A DNA stretch of 64,000 nt, taken from the human T2T-CHM13v2.0 reference genome, Homo sapiens. The stretch lies in assembly GCF_009914755.1 (NCBI RefSeq), contig NC_060940.1; one strand, 5' to 3'. Position numbers and translations under genes: made by a program. The notes beneath the pieces are model-generated. The model was not told the DNA's origin and did not search any database. It was given only the letters and a program-made list of their open reading frames with translations. This document shows, piece by piece, positions 37,956 through 52,936 of this stretch. Position 1 is the stretch's first letter, and each line of letters opens with the position of its first letter.

Positions 37956-39663
37956 GGCTTTAACCGGTGGCTCTACCCTTCACAGCTGGACATTGCTGGA
38001 TTTTTGGATGATTATTTCATTGTCTCCACTCAAAGATTAAGTTTGGAAAATAGGGAATTTTTCTACCAAAGCATAGGAACTCCAGGCCCCAGCCCCTCCT
38101 CACTCTTTCTCCCTGTTCATTCTCATCTCTTTCCAGTTCCTTACCTCCTGTAACCTGTGGGCATACTAAAGTACCAAGGTAGGCTTAGCTGCAGGCACGG
38201 TACTTCCATGATTCAGTGCCCCGCCCCCACCACTGAGCTAGGCCACTCCCACCAACAACCTCAGGCCTTCAGATGCCCAATTTCTGTGTAGAGCTTTGAG
38301 CAGTGTTTTCCAGTTGTGAAGGGCAAAGGAAATTCTCCAATTATTTGTGTGTTCATCTTCTCTACCTCCCAGGTAAAAAGGAGTTGTCTCACCATTATAG
38401 CTTGTTTCAGAAACAGTGTCAAATTCTCATCACAGCTCATGCATGCCTTCTCACCAGAAGTACCCTAATTGGTTCTCTGACTCCAACAAGAGAGCTAGGC
38501 TTTTTGTTTCTTTTGCTTTGTTTTGTTTTGATTTGCTCCTTTAAAAATGTTTATGGTGAGCTCAGTTATTTAAAACAATTCCTGGCAGAGGATTTAAGAG
38601 GCCTGGCAGAAATTATGTAAGCTTGTACAGTCATCTTCACTGATAATGAGTAAATCAGATAGCAGACATTAAAAGATTAAGCACTGGTGTTTGGTTTTTT
38701 GGTTGGTTGGTTTTGTTCACTTGTTTTTAATGTTGCAAAAGTCCTTCATATGTCATTGACAATAGAATTTAAGTATTTTTGAAATGTACTCAGTTCAGAT
38801 TCACCATTACATTTCATGTCCTTAAGGTTGGTAGCTTAAGATAGCTTGTGCTTCAGTTGCACAATACTGGCGTCAGCTCTCCTTTAACTCAAAGCTTTCT
38901 GGTAATTTTCATCTACTGGCAGCTCAGTGGGGGCATTTTCAAGTCTCAATCACATCACTTTAATACATAAACAAAAAAGACCCAACACAATAGCAAATGA
39001 CCATGAGCTTAGTGCCATCTTGAGTGTATGCTTTTAGACCCCAGTGATGATACAACCTTTCCTTAATACAGAGAGGAAAACAATTTTGATCCGAGAGGCT
39101 TTCTCCCAGGTGCATCTGAAAAAACGTTCAGATATGTCTCCTGAATGGTTTTGACTAACACAACTTACTTTCCCCCAGAATAGCTCCTCTCTAAAAAATG
39201 CCAAAGCTTGCCTTTCAGGGACAAATCAAAGGCTAAGCCTGAGGATGATGGGGTGACTTGAAAAAGACTAGCCAAGCGCTTGACTGCTCAGTGCAGCCTC
39301 GATAACACCATTCTTGGTGGTGCCATTTGCTCCTTGTCCACAGCCCATATCCCAATGAGGGTTATTCACTTTTGTAACCACTGGTTTCCCTCTGATAGTG
39401 TCTAAAGAAGCAAATAATGATGAAGTGAGCTGTACCTCCAACAGAGTTTGAAGCTAGCCAGGAGCCCTTACTGATGTTTAAAAACTGGTTCTTTTCAAAA
39501 TTGTGGCAACTTTATTTTCAGAAACAGGTTTCATCCCAATAAGTTATTTGGATGTTTTAGAATAGAATAACGCCATTTGTTGAAATTCACTGAAGTAAGG
39601 AACAATGTAATTTGCCACTAAAATTTTGCACATTTCATTTTTCTTCAAAACACCCAGTTTTGA

Positions 39664-39983
<320 letters not shown>

Positions 39984-39999
39984 CATGATGACTTAAATT

Positions 40000-40255
40000 C
40001 TAATCATAGTGATGTTATGTTCATTGACACATTACTCTGTGCTAGGCACCGTGACAGGTGATCTATGAATGCTGTCTCATGTAGTCTTCACTATAATCCA
40101 TGAATTATATATATTAACATGAAACCCATTTCACACGTGAGGAAACTATGGTTCAAAATGGCAGTTAGCTTCTCCAAGGTTATATAACTCTTCAGGTTTT
40201 ATCCAGAATCAAATCTGAGCTCTGATTCCAGAGTTCTTGCTCTGAACTCTATTGC
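40000..40255 (-). mobile_element. MIR
   Basis: tactctgtgctaggcacc...cccatttcacacgtgaggaaact...ctgattccagag. Confidence 0.8.
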
Positions 40256-40311
40256 TTTCATGATAAATTTCCCTAAGGGCTAAAAAATACCTCGTAAGAA
40301 AAATGTCTTAA

Positions 40312-40608
<297 letters not shown>

Positions 40609-40824
40609 AAGAAAAATGCCTTAAAATTATTATGCATGCAACTTTTTCTTTCTTTCTTTTATCCATAGCTATACTTGGCCAAACAACATTAAGTCAGGTT
40701 ATATTTGTCCTTTTCCTCAATTGTTCCTACCTACCTACCGACTTACTTGGCTATTTTCATTCATCATTAAGTGATTGATGGATCATAGTTGCTAAGAGAA
40801 GACACGGAAATGAAGGAAATCAAC

Positions 40825-41495
40825 CCATTCCTTCATTGATTCATTATGTTTAGAGAGCTACCATGTATGAGGTATTTTCCAGGACTTTATGATACCTTAA
40901 GCTTACATTCTCGTGAAAGAGGCAGACAATAAATAGTATAAATAACAAAAACATACTATGGGATACGTTTTAATAATAAGAAGTGCTAAGGAGAAAAAAA
41001 ATAGCAGAGAAATGTCAGGGTAAACATGTATTGAAATGTTAGATGGGCTGTCCAGGAAGGGGCAGATAACAAAGGTGACCTTTGAGTAGATGCCAGAAGG
41101 AAGTTAGGAAGTTATGCAGGGGAGCCTTGGAAATGTGGGGGAATTGCACTGTAGGCAGAAAGTACAGCAGATGCAAAGGCCCTGAGGCGGAGAATGCCTG
41201 GGGGATTGAGGAAGAACTAGGAGACCAGTGGGGCCGAGTGACTGAGTGAGGGTGAGAGTAGCACAAAATGCGTACAACAAAGTATGTTATGGAGAAGGCT
41301 GTAGGTTAGAACAGGAACTTTAACTCCTAATTAGGTGGTTTTCAGTAGACGAGTGACACAAACATAATGTTATACTTGGACCTTTGCTGTGTTGAGACCA
41401 CTGGGTGTGGGAGATGGGTGGATGAGGGATTGGGAAATCAGTGAGGAGCTTACCACCGTAACCCAGGCAGAAGATCATGGTGGCCTGTGCCAGAA
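40825..41495 (-). mobile_element. L2
   Basis: cattccttcattgattc...aagcttacattctcgtg...cagcagatgcaaaggccctgagg...ccaggcagaagatcatggtggcc. Confidence 0.85.
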
Positions 41496-41546
41496 CGAGG
41501 CCTTCCTCTCTTTCTCCCTCCTTCCTTTCATCTTCACAGATTATTC

Positions 41547-41919
41547 TATATTAGTCCATTCTGACACTGCTAATAAAGACATGCCCAAGACTGAGTAATT
41601 TATGGAAGAAAGAGGTTTCATTGACTCACAGTTCAGCATGGCTGGGGAGGTCTCAGGAAAGGTAGAATTATGGTGGAAGGGGAAGCAAACACATCCATCT
41701 TCACTTGGTGGCAGGAGGAAGAATGAGAGCTGAGTGAAGCGGGAAGCCCCTTATAAAACCATCAGATCTCGTGAGAACTCACTATCATGACAACAGCATG
41801 GGGGAAACTACTGCCATTATTCAATTCCACCCCCACCGGGTCCTTTCTACCCCATGTGGGGATTATGGAAAGTATAATTCAAGATGAAATATGGGTGAAG
41901 ACACAGCCAAACCAGATCA
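41547..41919 (-). mobile_element. THE1C solo LTR
   Basis: tattagtccattct...ctgctaataaagaca...acacagccaaaccagatca. TSD tattc/tagtc (4/5). Confidence 0.9.
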
Positions 41920-42204
41920 TAGTCCATGTCTACTTCATTCAAGAGAATGAATGACTGAATGACACTTAATTGGGTCTTTTGATATTAGCATCCAGTATTT
42001 TGTCATCTTCTGAGAGGGGCTACTTCTGGAGACAGTGACACAGAAAACCAGTGCTCTTGATTTAAGCAGAGTGGATCAGTAAGAGGTGTCTCTTTCCTTT
42101 GTTTAGATTATGATATTTATTCAAAGAGAGGAGCAGTGAACTGTGGTTGAGTTTGTTATTTTAATGAAATTACACTTGCAACTATTGTAGGTGTCTTTCT
42201 ATGT

Positions 42205-42395
42205 AATGGATGCTTTACATTCTCTCACTTTTTTTCCTCCAGACAATTCTAGACAGCAGGCATCATGATTCCCATTTTATAGATCATCAAATTGAGGATC
42301 AGAGATACCCTGCAAAGTCTCATATGGCTGAGTAGCAGTACTCTTTACATCTGAACCCAGGACCACTCTGACTCCAAAGCCAATATTCTCTCTGC
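42205..42395 (-). mobile_element. MIR
   Basis: attcccattttatagatcatcaaattgagg...tgaacccagg...ctgactccaaagcc. Confidence 0.8.
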
Positions 42396-42536
42396 ATATT
42401 TAATAGCTGTTCTTTTTAAAAAATTGTATCTATTAGTGCATATTTGATGGTGGATAATGTATATTTAATAAACCCATTGAGTCATGTAGCTGTACAAGCA
42501 TTTAGGAGATTATGCCATCTAGGAAATTAAATATTA

Positions 42537-42898
42537 TCAAGTGTTGTCACACTTGAGCATGAACAAATACAGACTGCTGGGCTCTATCCCCAAAGATTCT
42601 GATTAGAATGGCTCAGGCCGGGTGCAGTGGCTCACGCCTGTAATCTCAGCACTTTGGGAGGCCAAGGCAGGTGGATCACCTGAGGTCGGGAGTTCTTGAC
42701 CAGCCTGGCCAACATGGTGAAACCCTGTCTCTACTAAAAATACAAAAAATTAGCTGGGCATGGCGGCACACGCCTGTAATCCCAGCTACTCAGGAGGCTG
42801 AGGCAGGAGAATCACTTCAACCCAGGAGGTGGAGGTTGCAGTGAGCTGAGATCACACCATTGCACTCCAGCCTGGGCAACAAGAGCAAAACTCTGTCT

Positions 42899-42936
<38 letters not shown>

Positions 42937-43033
42937 AAGAATGGCTCAGGTAGGGGCCAAAAATCTGCATTTCTAACAAGCTCCTAAGGCTGCTCATGCT
43001 GCTGATCCTGGCACAGCACTTTGAGAATCCTTG
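42537..43033 (+). mobile_element. MER5A interrupted by an Alu
   Basis: acagactgctgggctctatccccaaagattctgatt|...|ggggccaaaaatctgcatttctaacaagctcc...cactttgagaa. Confidence 0.85.
42616..42935 (+). mobile_element. AluSq/Sp-like
   Basis: gaggtcggga, ccattgcact, caacaagagc; long A tail. TSD agaatggctca (42605-42615; 42938-42948). Confidence 0.95.
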
Positions 43034-43904
43034 GTCCACGCCAATCCCATCATTTTTGCAAGAACAAATTGGAGGTCAGAGAGGTTAACACTATTTTCAA
43101 TGATCAGTTAATACCCCTCCCACCTGCATTAACTGTAAGAGAAAGCTTGAATGACAGAGATGCACGACTGTCAGAAATGGAAATGTAGGGTTTTTTTGGC
43201 CCCTTTGCTTGTTTTAATTCAAGAGTATAAACCATAGGTAATGTTGTGCTCTCACTTTCTCCTGATTTATCTCCTTTTGAGCACTTAATGAAGAGGAACC
43301 CCACTCATTCACACACACACATTTTATTTCTCCTGCCCTTTTTCTTTCCTTTCCACTTTGAAATTTCTGTTGCACTTTGTAGTTGTCCAGAATATTTTCA
43401 GAAATACCTCCTTGTGGGTGAATCTGCTGCAAACAGGGCTGATGAAGTCCCTAATGGTTGTTACCCAGAGCCCTACTGAATCAAAAGAAATACTTATTTT
43501 TTCTAAAAAAGGAATCAGTGGTGGGTTTGTGAACCTATGATTAGAAACATCCTGCGGGGACATCTACTTGTTCATATTTAATGTCATTTACTAGTAGTGG
43601 AGCTTACGTGCAGTTGGTTGTAGCAAACAGCTCTTTGGTTCTCCCCATTCTTTAAGGCGAAACTTAAATGTAATTTCTTAGCATTTTGTGGCTGAAGCTC
43701 AAACCAGATGGCTCCTTCTTTTCTTTCCAGAGCACTTAGTTCACACTTCTAATGCGTAGAACATGCAACATCGTCGCCTAATTTTAAATGGCTTACTCAC
43801 TGGCCAGAGTCATGATAAATAAAGATGGTGTGGAACGTTTCTTCTGTTTCATGCTCATGGAACACAGCACAATCTTTGGGGCTCAGTTTACTGAGTATGA
43901 GACA

Positions 43905-44138
43905 GCAGGACAAAGTAGTAAGGGGTGTGAGCTTCGAAGCCAAGCAGGTTGTTTGGAGACTAGGTTTTTCTACATCTACCACACAGCTTCACTGTAGGCT
44001 CAGTTTCTCCCTCTATTAAGTGGAGAAATAATAGTAATATCACACAGAGTTGTAAAAAGCTCTTAAAATGATGACGTCATGCTTGCAAAGTCTTAGCACA
44101 CTGTTGAGCTCATGGAAAGGGCTGAATAAATATTAAAT
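43905..44138 (+). mobile_element. MIR
   Basis: ctcagtttctccctctattaagtggagaaataatagta...gcaaagtcttagcacactg. Confidence 0.75.
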
Positions 44139-45873
44139 ATAAACCAGAACTCATGAGCACATTCAATCCCCAGGGAATTAGTCTGAAAGAAGGTGAGCCC
44201 TCAACTTCTACAAGTAGTGCAAATCGAAAGCCCTTCCTCTCACATATGGTAATCCCCAGGGGCTTGTACTGTCATGACCCATGTTGCTTCTGGGTCCTGT
44301 GCTTGAAAGGCTGTCTCTTTCCCCATCTGAGTCAACCGGGCGGTAAAACGTGGCTCCTGTACCAGGTTGCACAAGAAACATGCATACACACATATCACTG
44401 AGCAAGGTGAATGCCACTGAGGGTTCGGGGACCAGGGGACACCTGTGTGATCTTCTACCACCTTTCCGGCCCTTTCCTTTCTTCCCTTCTTCTTCTACTC
44501 CCAGTTAAGCTTTCATTTTCCAATGCTCTTCAGCAATCGCTATTTTACTCTCCCAAACTTCTACAGCCAAACCCAGCAAGTGTTCAGTTCAGCAGAACAA
44601 AGGGTCTTGCTCTTTGCTGGATCTACCTTTCTTTCTTAGAGGGGAGTTGGGGTTGAACAACTGTTTCGTTCATTACAGCTATTATTAATATTTTCAAAGT
44701 TATTATTAATGAAAGAGTGAGTAACGCTGCCTTATTCTCCTTTTATTTCTCACCCACTCTTTTTGTGTTCAGATCACTAGATTTTAATTTTACGCCCTTT
44801 CCCCAGCCCAGGACTAGGTCTGTGTTACCCAGGACCATTTGAAAGTTGAAAGAGGAACTCATTGGTGATACACTGGCTTAAAAAACTTTAGGAATTCAGA
44901 AAACTATCCAAGAATAACTTATAAAATTACAGATGAAATATGTGTTATAGTTTAAACACAATATTTTTCTGAGTTCTTTGGATTTTTAAGTACTTAAAAT
45001 ACACAGTGACTATCTCTTTTCAATTTTCCAAATATAGCATCTAAATTTAGAGAGATGTTAAAACAATTTGGGGGTTGTTTGGTTTCTTTCCTTTTTTTTT
45101 TTTTTTTTGGCCCCTTTGCTCAAAGAAATAGTGCTTTGCTTTCTTCTAATGAAGTAAGCCCTGGTCCAAGGAAAATATAAAATAAAATCGCTATTTTCCT
45201 ACCACCTTTGGGCTATGTAATTCCCATTTCATTTTCCAAGAGGCTAAATTTTCAAATGGTTTCACTTACACAGTGCAGAAAAATTAGACATCTTCGTCAT
45301 TTGGGGGAAAATAATGACAGACTCTCTACAAGAAAAAACTATATATATATGACAAATCATATTAAAAGATAACGGATCACTTTAAGTATGGGAAACAGAC
45401 CTTGAAGACAAACAGTTTTGCACCCGAACTTGATCTAAGCATGATTCCCAGCTAATTGTTTGGTTCTAAATTAAATTATTCCTTTTGATACCGAAATTAT
45501 AGATACAGTTCCATTTGGCACTTCAGGGTATATTTATTTTCTCTGTAAGTGCTTGTCCATATATTTAAAGACTACAGATAATGGATTTTTAAGTGTATTT
45601 AAAAAGTTAAGCCTCTTGAGAATTTATTTTAAATGGAAAATATCTCCCAGCAGATTGTAATTTAAAAAATTAAAGGCAATACAATACACATGCATAGAGA
45701 TAACATTCAGGTGTTTGTGAATCATTTTCCCCACTCTGCTGATTGTCTTTGTGGTTAATCATGGAACTGATGGTGCAGAATACACTGTGGATGAGTTTAC
45801 TTGCCTGAGCACTTAGGTGGCTTAGAGCAGATCTCTTGCAAAATGCGAGAAAAAATATGACCTTGGCCTACAG

Positions 45874-46089
45874 CAGTGATCAACAAACTTATTTTGAAAA
45901 GGATTAGAAAGTAAATATTTAAGGCTTATGAGCGAGATATTCTGTTGCAACTATCCAACTCTGCTGTTGCAGTTCAAAAGCAGCCATATACATGTAGGTG
46001 AATAGTGTGGCTGTATTCCAATAAAACTTTATTTACAAAAACAGTAGTGGGCCGGATTTGACATGCAGGTTGTAGATTCCAGACTCCTG
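45874..46089 (-). mobile_element. MER58A
   Basis: gtaaatatttaaggctt...gtggctgtattccaataaaactttatttacaaaaacag...gggccggatttg. Confidence 0.9.
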
Positions 46090-46484
46090 GTTTGGAGGCC
46101 TGACTTCACAACTTTGTGTCATCCTATAGGAGTATGAGTTCAGCTCCTGGATTCAGCATCTCAGTTAGGCCCACTCTAGTGAGTTAGCAGAGCAGCCTTC
46201 TTTACGCAGCTGCCATAAACAAACCAAGCAAGCCATGAAGCCCACGCTTCAGTGTCATAATCACATTTCCCTTCCACATGATCTGTACACACCTCAAACC
46301 CCAATCCTCACAAGTGGGATTAAGAGCCTCAGGAAGAGCTCCAAATAAATCCTCTTCTCCTGTCCATCTCACCACAGAAAAGCAGATGAACAGAAAATCA
46401 GAAAGTCAGTAACTTGTCTATTCCTCAGAGTTAGATGTCAGTGTGATACCTGACATAGAGACAATCTGACAGATCACAAAAGTC

Positions 46485-46850
46485 TGATTCATTTATAAAA
46501 TATCTGGTGAGTGGCTACTGTTTGTCAAGCTCTGTGCTAGTGCGAGAGATACAAGGGTTGCTGGGATGGCCCGGTCTCTGCAAGAATGGAGGTTTTATTC
46601 TAGTGAGAGAGACACAACATAGGGAGGAATCCAAAAGACAGAAGGAGGGTTTGCCCTGAGTTTCCTGTTGGAAATTGGGACTCTGGTAAGCAGCTGTGTG
46701 ATAACAGAAAGAAACATCAGCCTCATCTGTATAAGCACGTCTTCATTCAATAAAACACATATAACAGGCCTTTGCTAAACACTCGAGGTAAAATGGCAAA
46801 CAAGACACTTTCTTCCCTCAAGAAGTTCACAGTCTGATAAGGAAAAAAGC
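46485..46850 (-). mobile_element. Two L2 3'-end fragments
   Basis: attcatttataaaatatctg...ctgtgctagtgc...attctagtgagagagac and ttcattcaataaaac...ccctcaagaagttcacagtct. Confidence 0.6.
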
Positions 46851-47180
46851 AAAAAGAACAAGTAATGACAAGTTGAACTCTGAATATTCTGACAGATCAG
46901 GCAATTCACACACACAAAAAAAGGAAATAGAATTGCCGATATTATAAAACAATCTCTAACCTTCCCATTCATTGAAAAATTTTCAAACTAATACTACACT
47001 CTCTTCCAACCATCAGATTGGCCAACAAAAATAAACATTGTATTATCAACCGTTAGCGTGAGGAAACAACTCTTAGAGCCCAAATCGATAAAAAAAAAAA
47101 AAAAAAAAAAAACTTAGCATCTAACTAAATTTTAACTGACGTTTCATTTGAATCAGCACTTTCAGAATGGCTCTGAACTA

Positions 47181-47680
<500 letters not shown>

Positions 47681-48432
47681 ACATTTACTACTACACAGTT
47701 GGTAATTAATGAAACGGAAAACCTCAGTGTTCAGCAATAGGGAACTGCTTTAATGAGAGCAGATAGATCCATACTAAGAGATAATATGCAGTCATAAAAA
47801 AGCAATCTATATAAACTGATGTAAAAAGTATTTAATAGCTATTAAGAGAAAACCTACCTACTGAACTGTTTAAGTGTATATATAGCTTGCAAATTTGGTA
47901 GAATAATTTAATAATCAAAATGTGTGGCTAATCGGGGAAGTCAGGGCTTGTTGAGATAGTAACAGGCTGCATCTCCCATTTCACTTCAGTTGATTCCATT
48001 TTTAATTATTTTTGTATTTTAAAATGACTATTAAATAATATGAGTTAAAGGATGTATACCTATTTAAAGACTATCCACTGAGAAATCTCACCCTTAATTC
48101 TAAAGGGCGCTGCAATTCAGTGATCAATAGAATGACCAAATCTCCACCCTCAAAGTTCCTTGGTTATTTTGAAAACCGTACTGCTAAAAAGAGAAAAAAA
48201 AAAGTGTCATTCTTTTCTGCCTGATATCTTCCCAGCATATGTAAAGTAGTATTCCTGGTGATAGTATCTGAAAATCAACATAATCCAAAGGTCCTCACTT
48301 TGTAATGTTTGCAGTAAGATTCCAGCATCTTAGCATTTAACTGTTTTCAGATTACATCCATTTAAACATCTGTGATTCATTATCGTAAATATCACAGTTG
48401 TGGGGACCATATGCTTCAGCTTGCAGCATATA

Positions 48433-48452
48433 TGTGTGTGTGTGTGTGTGTG

Positions 48453-48510
<58 letters not shown>
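48433..48510. repeat. (TG)10 followed by uninterrupted (TA)27
   Basis: TG 48433-48452; TA 48457-48510. Confidence 0.97.
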
Positions 48511-48513
<3 letters not shown>

Positions 48514-50244
48514 AAAAAGCACGAGCAATAAATCTCAGGAACCTTAGACTTGCCGTGGGTATGTGCAAAAAGAACATTTCCAAACACATGGGGCTGTCTA
48601 TAATCACAGTAATGTACTTGAGATCCCATGTAAGAATTATTCAATTGCAAAAGTTGCCACTTGTGATGGAAAGCTATGATTTACATTTGGCTTGTGCACT
48701 TCCCATGATAATTCAAATAGGGTGGAAAGCAGCACAAAAGCCTTCTGCTGCATTGGCTTTTACTTCTTAAGGAAATATGTGAGCGCTATTGTTGTCGAGT
48801 GGAGAAATCACAGAAAAATGAGATACCTTTAACAAGTGGCAAGGCACTCTTGGCAGGCATCCTTCATTCCCATGAGACTGGAGCTAGAGATGATGCCATA
48901 TGGCCTAAGGGATGTAATAAAAATCACTTGGCCACTGGAGGATGAATAGGCATGGCCTACAGGGCTGATTATTTTCTTGCTTACACCAGAAAACCCACGT
49001 ATGCACACAAGAATTAATTGTGCTTCATGTATTGTAAGCCAAATCATTGTCTTTTAATTTCCTGATAAAGTCTTGTCAACTAGACAGAACCAATCTGTAA
49101 TCACAGCTGATGAGTATCTCACACACTGCAATTAGGGAGGAGGTAAATGAATTAATTGGTTACAACCAAAAGGAGTCTGCTAATATTTTTTGATTGCCAA
49201 CTCTCTTCTAGGGCTAGCACCAAGCCTAGCCAGAGATATGGAGATAAAACTGTAGGAAGCTCTTGCCCTCAAGGATCTTCCAGATTACCAAAGGGCAGGT
49301 TAGGTCAGGAGAAAATTTTCAAGGTGTGGAAGCTGGCCTTCTGCAGTCTGCTGCAGTTTGATTGGCATCCCTGCTGGTTATTATCAAGCCACCAACCTTG
49401 TCAAAGCCTTGTGCATTCCCTTTAGGAAGGAGATCCATTGTTGCCTTAGATGGTGTTCTTGAGCCCCTAAACACTACCCTGCCATCTAGAAACATTTCTA
49501 GACCCTGTCCTGGAATCAAGGTAGCACAAGGCCATCTCTGCTTAGAAGCATTCTAGATATCCACAAGGAAGGAAGGATGGGGTGTTTAAAATGCTTTTGG
49601 ATCTTTTTGTACAAAAGATGCTCATCTACATACTGGCTACACGTCATTTATGACATTTATGAAAACCAAAATTGACATTCTGAAGTCCTTGGATCAAATT
49701 TCTGTGCTGTTCTTTTCTCCTCCATGGTGTTTTATTTGATGCGATCTTGGGATGTGTGATGACTTCGTAGTGGAATAGCAGGTGTTGATCCGTAGGAACT
49801 TCAAATCTCAAGAGTTATTTGATAAAAGTTATAGACAGATCAATGATAGCAAATTTCAAACTTATGTTTCCCCAGTCATTGAAGAAAGAACACTAGTAAC
49901 AGCTCTTGACTACATTTAGGTGTTCTTGACTATCTTTAATGGGTGCATAAGGATTTGCCTGGGCCCCATTCATTCATTTTCCTTGACCCTCTTCAGAGCT
50001 TGAGTGTTTCCTAAGCTTTGACACACAGGGTCTTCTGGCATCTGCTGTCTGGATTTTTGCTGATGGATTTAATTACTGACTTCAAGATTCTACTCAATTC
50101 CATTTTGACACCTTTTTTAGCTCAAGACACAGACTCTTTGACTCCCTGTTATGTCCTGTGCTGCTAAGCTGTAGAATAACTTCGAACATTTACTTTGGAT
50201 ACCATCATTTGAAGGAATCCACTCTCTTTCCCAAGGACCTGGAA

Positions 50245-50450
50245 CTGGATTCTATATTAGTTGTAAAAAGCAATCCAGCTTTCCTACTTACAGATGTGTG
50301 ACCTTAAGAAATGTTCTTACTCTCTGAGCTTCAGGTTTTCTCCCCTACCTTCATGATACTGTTGGAGAATTGAAAGAAATAATGTTTATCAAGTATTTAG
50401 TCCACGGACTGACATATAGAAAATGCTTCATAAATGGTAGGTATTATATA
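50245..50450 (+). mobile_element. MIR
   Basis: tgtgtgaccttaagaaatgttcttactctctgagcttcag...tacccttcat-like core...tgcttcataaatggtagg. Confidence 0.75.
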
Positions 50451-50859
50451 TGATAGACATCAAACATGAAATACTATTAGGGCTCTGTACTATTAGCACT
50501 ATTAGGGTTTTGTAGAGTGACTTGAATATATAGGGAAACAATTCATGTAATCCCCAAGGTGTGTTCATATGAACCAACACGCTTTGATGCCACAGCCATT
50601 TATACCAGCTGGAAGAGTGCAGAACTAACATAAATGATGTCCTGCTAGCATCTGCAGCTGGGTCATAAACCAAAGCTTAATGTTTTACAAAGTTTTGATA
50701 TGCAGTAGTCAATTTATCCATTTTTGTGAATCAAGTAGGTTGGGAAACAAGCCCAGCAAAACACAGTTTGGTAAATTTTATGTGAAAAAACTCTCTTCTT
50801 TTTCACTCAGTAATTTTTGCATTTTAAAAAAATACAGTAATCAAAAGAAATATGATGGG

Positions 50860-51030
50860 CCAGTGAAAAGCCTGGCCTTTGGAGTGTGGTGAACCTGAGT
50901 TCAAACCCCAGTTCTACAAGTAAACCTTTGCACTATGGGTGGCTCAGTCTCTCCCAGCTTATCTCATTTTGCCTCTGTAAAATGGTTGAAATATCGGATT
51001 ATGGGGATTGGAGTGAAATGGAACACTGAC
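50860..51030 (+). mobile_element. MIR
   Basis: ggcctttggagt...acctgagttcaaaccccagttct...ctgtaaaatgg. Confidence 0.7.
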
Positions 51031-51214
51031 CCTTCAACATGACAGCCCTGCCAATAATTATGGGGTCTAAGCTTCTAGACGCTAAGTATCATGAAAATAG
51101 ATGCTATTCCACATTCACCTTTAGTTGCCGTTTATCCCTTACTGCCTACTGTCTTGTACATTGTAAGTGAAAAAATGATGTTTTTAATGGGTTAATGGAT
51201 GAGTATGTTGAACT

Positions 51215-51365
51215 TTAGAATAACAGAATTTCCCAGTTGTAAGAGACATCATTCAATGCTGGAATTGCTTCCACAATATTCCTGATGAAGTCATATAGGT
51301 TCCACTTGAAAGTACCCAGTGACAAGCACATTATTTCACCCAGAAGGAACTAGATCTTCCAAATG
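51215..51365 (-). mobile_element. L3/CR1 3' fragment
   Basis: tagaataacagaat...atgctggaattgcttccacaatattcctga...cacttgaaagtacccagtgac. Confidence 0.55.
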
Positions 51366-51396
51366 GTAACCTGAATTGCTTTAGGCCCCTCCAGTA

Positions 51397-52936
51397 TGGT
51401 CATGCATTGTTTAACCATAGGGATATGCTCTGAGAATGCACCACTGGGTAATTTAATCATTGTTGGAACATCACAGAGTAGACTTACACAAACCTAGAGG
51501 GTATAGCCTATTACACACCTAGGTGATCTCTTACAACCTATGGCTCCTCGGCTACTAACATATATAGCACGGTGCTGTACTGAGTGCTATAGGCAATTGT
51601 AATACAATGGCAAGTGGTTGTGTATCTAAACATATCTAAACACAGAAAAGGTATAATAAAAATATAGTCTAAAAGGTAAAATTGGCACACCTGTATAGGG
51701 CACTTACTACGAATAGAGGTGGTAGGATTGGAAGATGCTCTGGGTGAGTCAGTGAGTGAGTGGTGAGTGAATGTGAAGGCCTAGGACATTACTGTGCAGG
51801 ACTATAGACTTTATAAACACTGTACACTTAGGCTATACTAAGTTTATAAGAAAAAGCTTTCTTTCTTCAATCATAAATTAACTTTAGCTTACTGTAACTT
51901 TTTTACTTTATAAACTTTAATTTTTTAACTTTTTGGCTCTTGTGGTAACACTTAGCTTACAACACAAACACATTGTACAGCTATAGAAAATATTTTCTTT
52001 ATATCCTTATTTTATAGACCTTTCTATTTTTAAATGTTTTCTCTTTTTCTTTTTCACTTGTTGAACTTCTTTGTTAAAAGCTGAGACATGAACATATACA
52101 TTTGCCTAGGCCTACACAAGGTCAGAATCATGAATATCACTGTATTCTGCCTCCACATTTTGTCTCACTGAAAGGTCTTTAGGGGTTATAACACGCATGG
52201 AGCCATCTCCTATGATATCAATGCCTTCTTCTGGATACCTCCTGAAGGACTTGCCTGAGGCTGTTTTACAGTTAACATTTTCTTTTTTTTTTTTTTTTTT
52301 GAGACAGGGTCTCGCTCTGTCACCCAGGCTAGAGTACCGTGGCCCGATCTCAGCTCACTACAGCCTCTGCCTCCTGGGTTCAAGTGATCCTCCTGCCCAA
52401 GCATCCCGGTTAGTTGGGACCACAGGCACCAGCCACCCCACCCAGCTAATTTTTGCATGTTTTGTAGATATGGAGTCTTGCCATGTTGCCCAGTATGGTC
52501 TCAAACTCCTGGGCTCAAGCGATCTGCCTACCTGGGCCTCCCAAAGTGCTGGGATTACAAGCGTGAGCCACCATGCCCGGCCAGTAAACCTTTTCTTAAT
52601 GGGTAGAAGGAGGAGTACACTCTAAAAAAAAAAAAAAAAAACAATAAAAACGATAGTATATTAAATATATAAACCAGTAGCATAGTTGTTTATTATCATT
52701 ACCAAATATTACATATGGCACATAATTTTATGTGCTTGACTTTTATGACTGAAAGTGCTATAGGTTTGTTTACACCAGCATCACCACAAACACATGAGTA
52801 ATGCATTGCATTCTGACGTTATGACAGCTACCTCACTAGGCAATAGGACTTTTTCAGCTCCGTTATCATCTTACGGGATTGCTATCATATATGTGTTCCT
52901 CTGTAGATCAGAACATCGCTATGTGGCACATGACCG
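51397..52936 (+). mobile_element. Tigger3b (Golem-type TcMar) non-autonomous element with nested AluJ
   Basis: ta|tggtcatgc left TIR, acttacacaaacctaga...ctgggtgagtcagtgagtgagtggtgagtgaatgtgaaggcctaggacattact, right TIR tatgtggcacatgaccg. Confidence 0.92.
52283..52582 (-). mobile_element. AluJ
   Basis: acagggtctc, gatcctcctgcc, ctcctgggctcaagcgat. TSD agttaacattttctt/agtaaaccttttctt. Confidence 0.93.
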
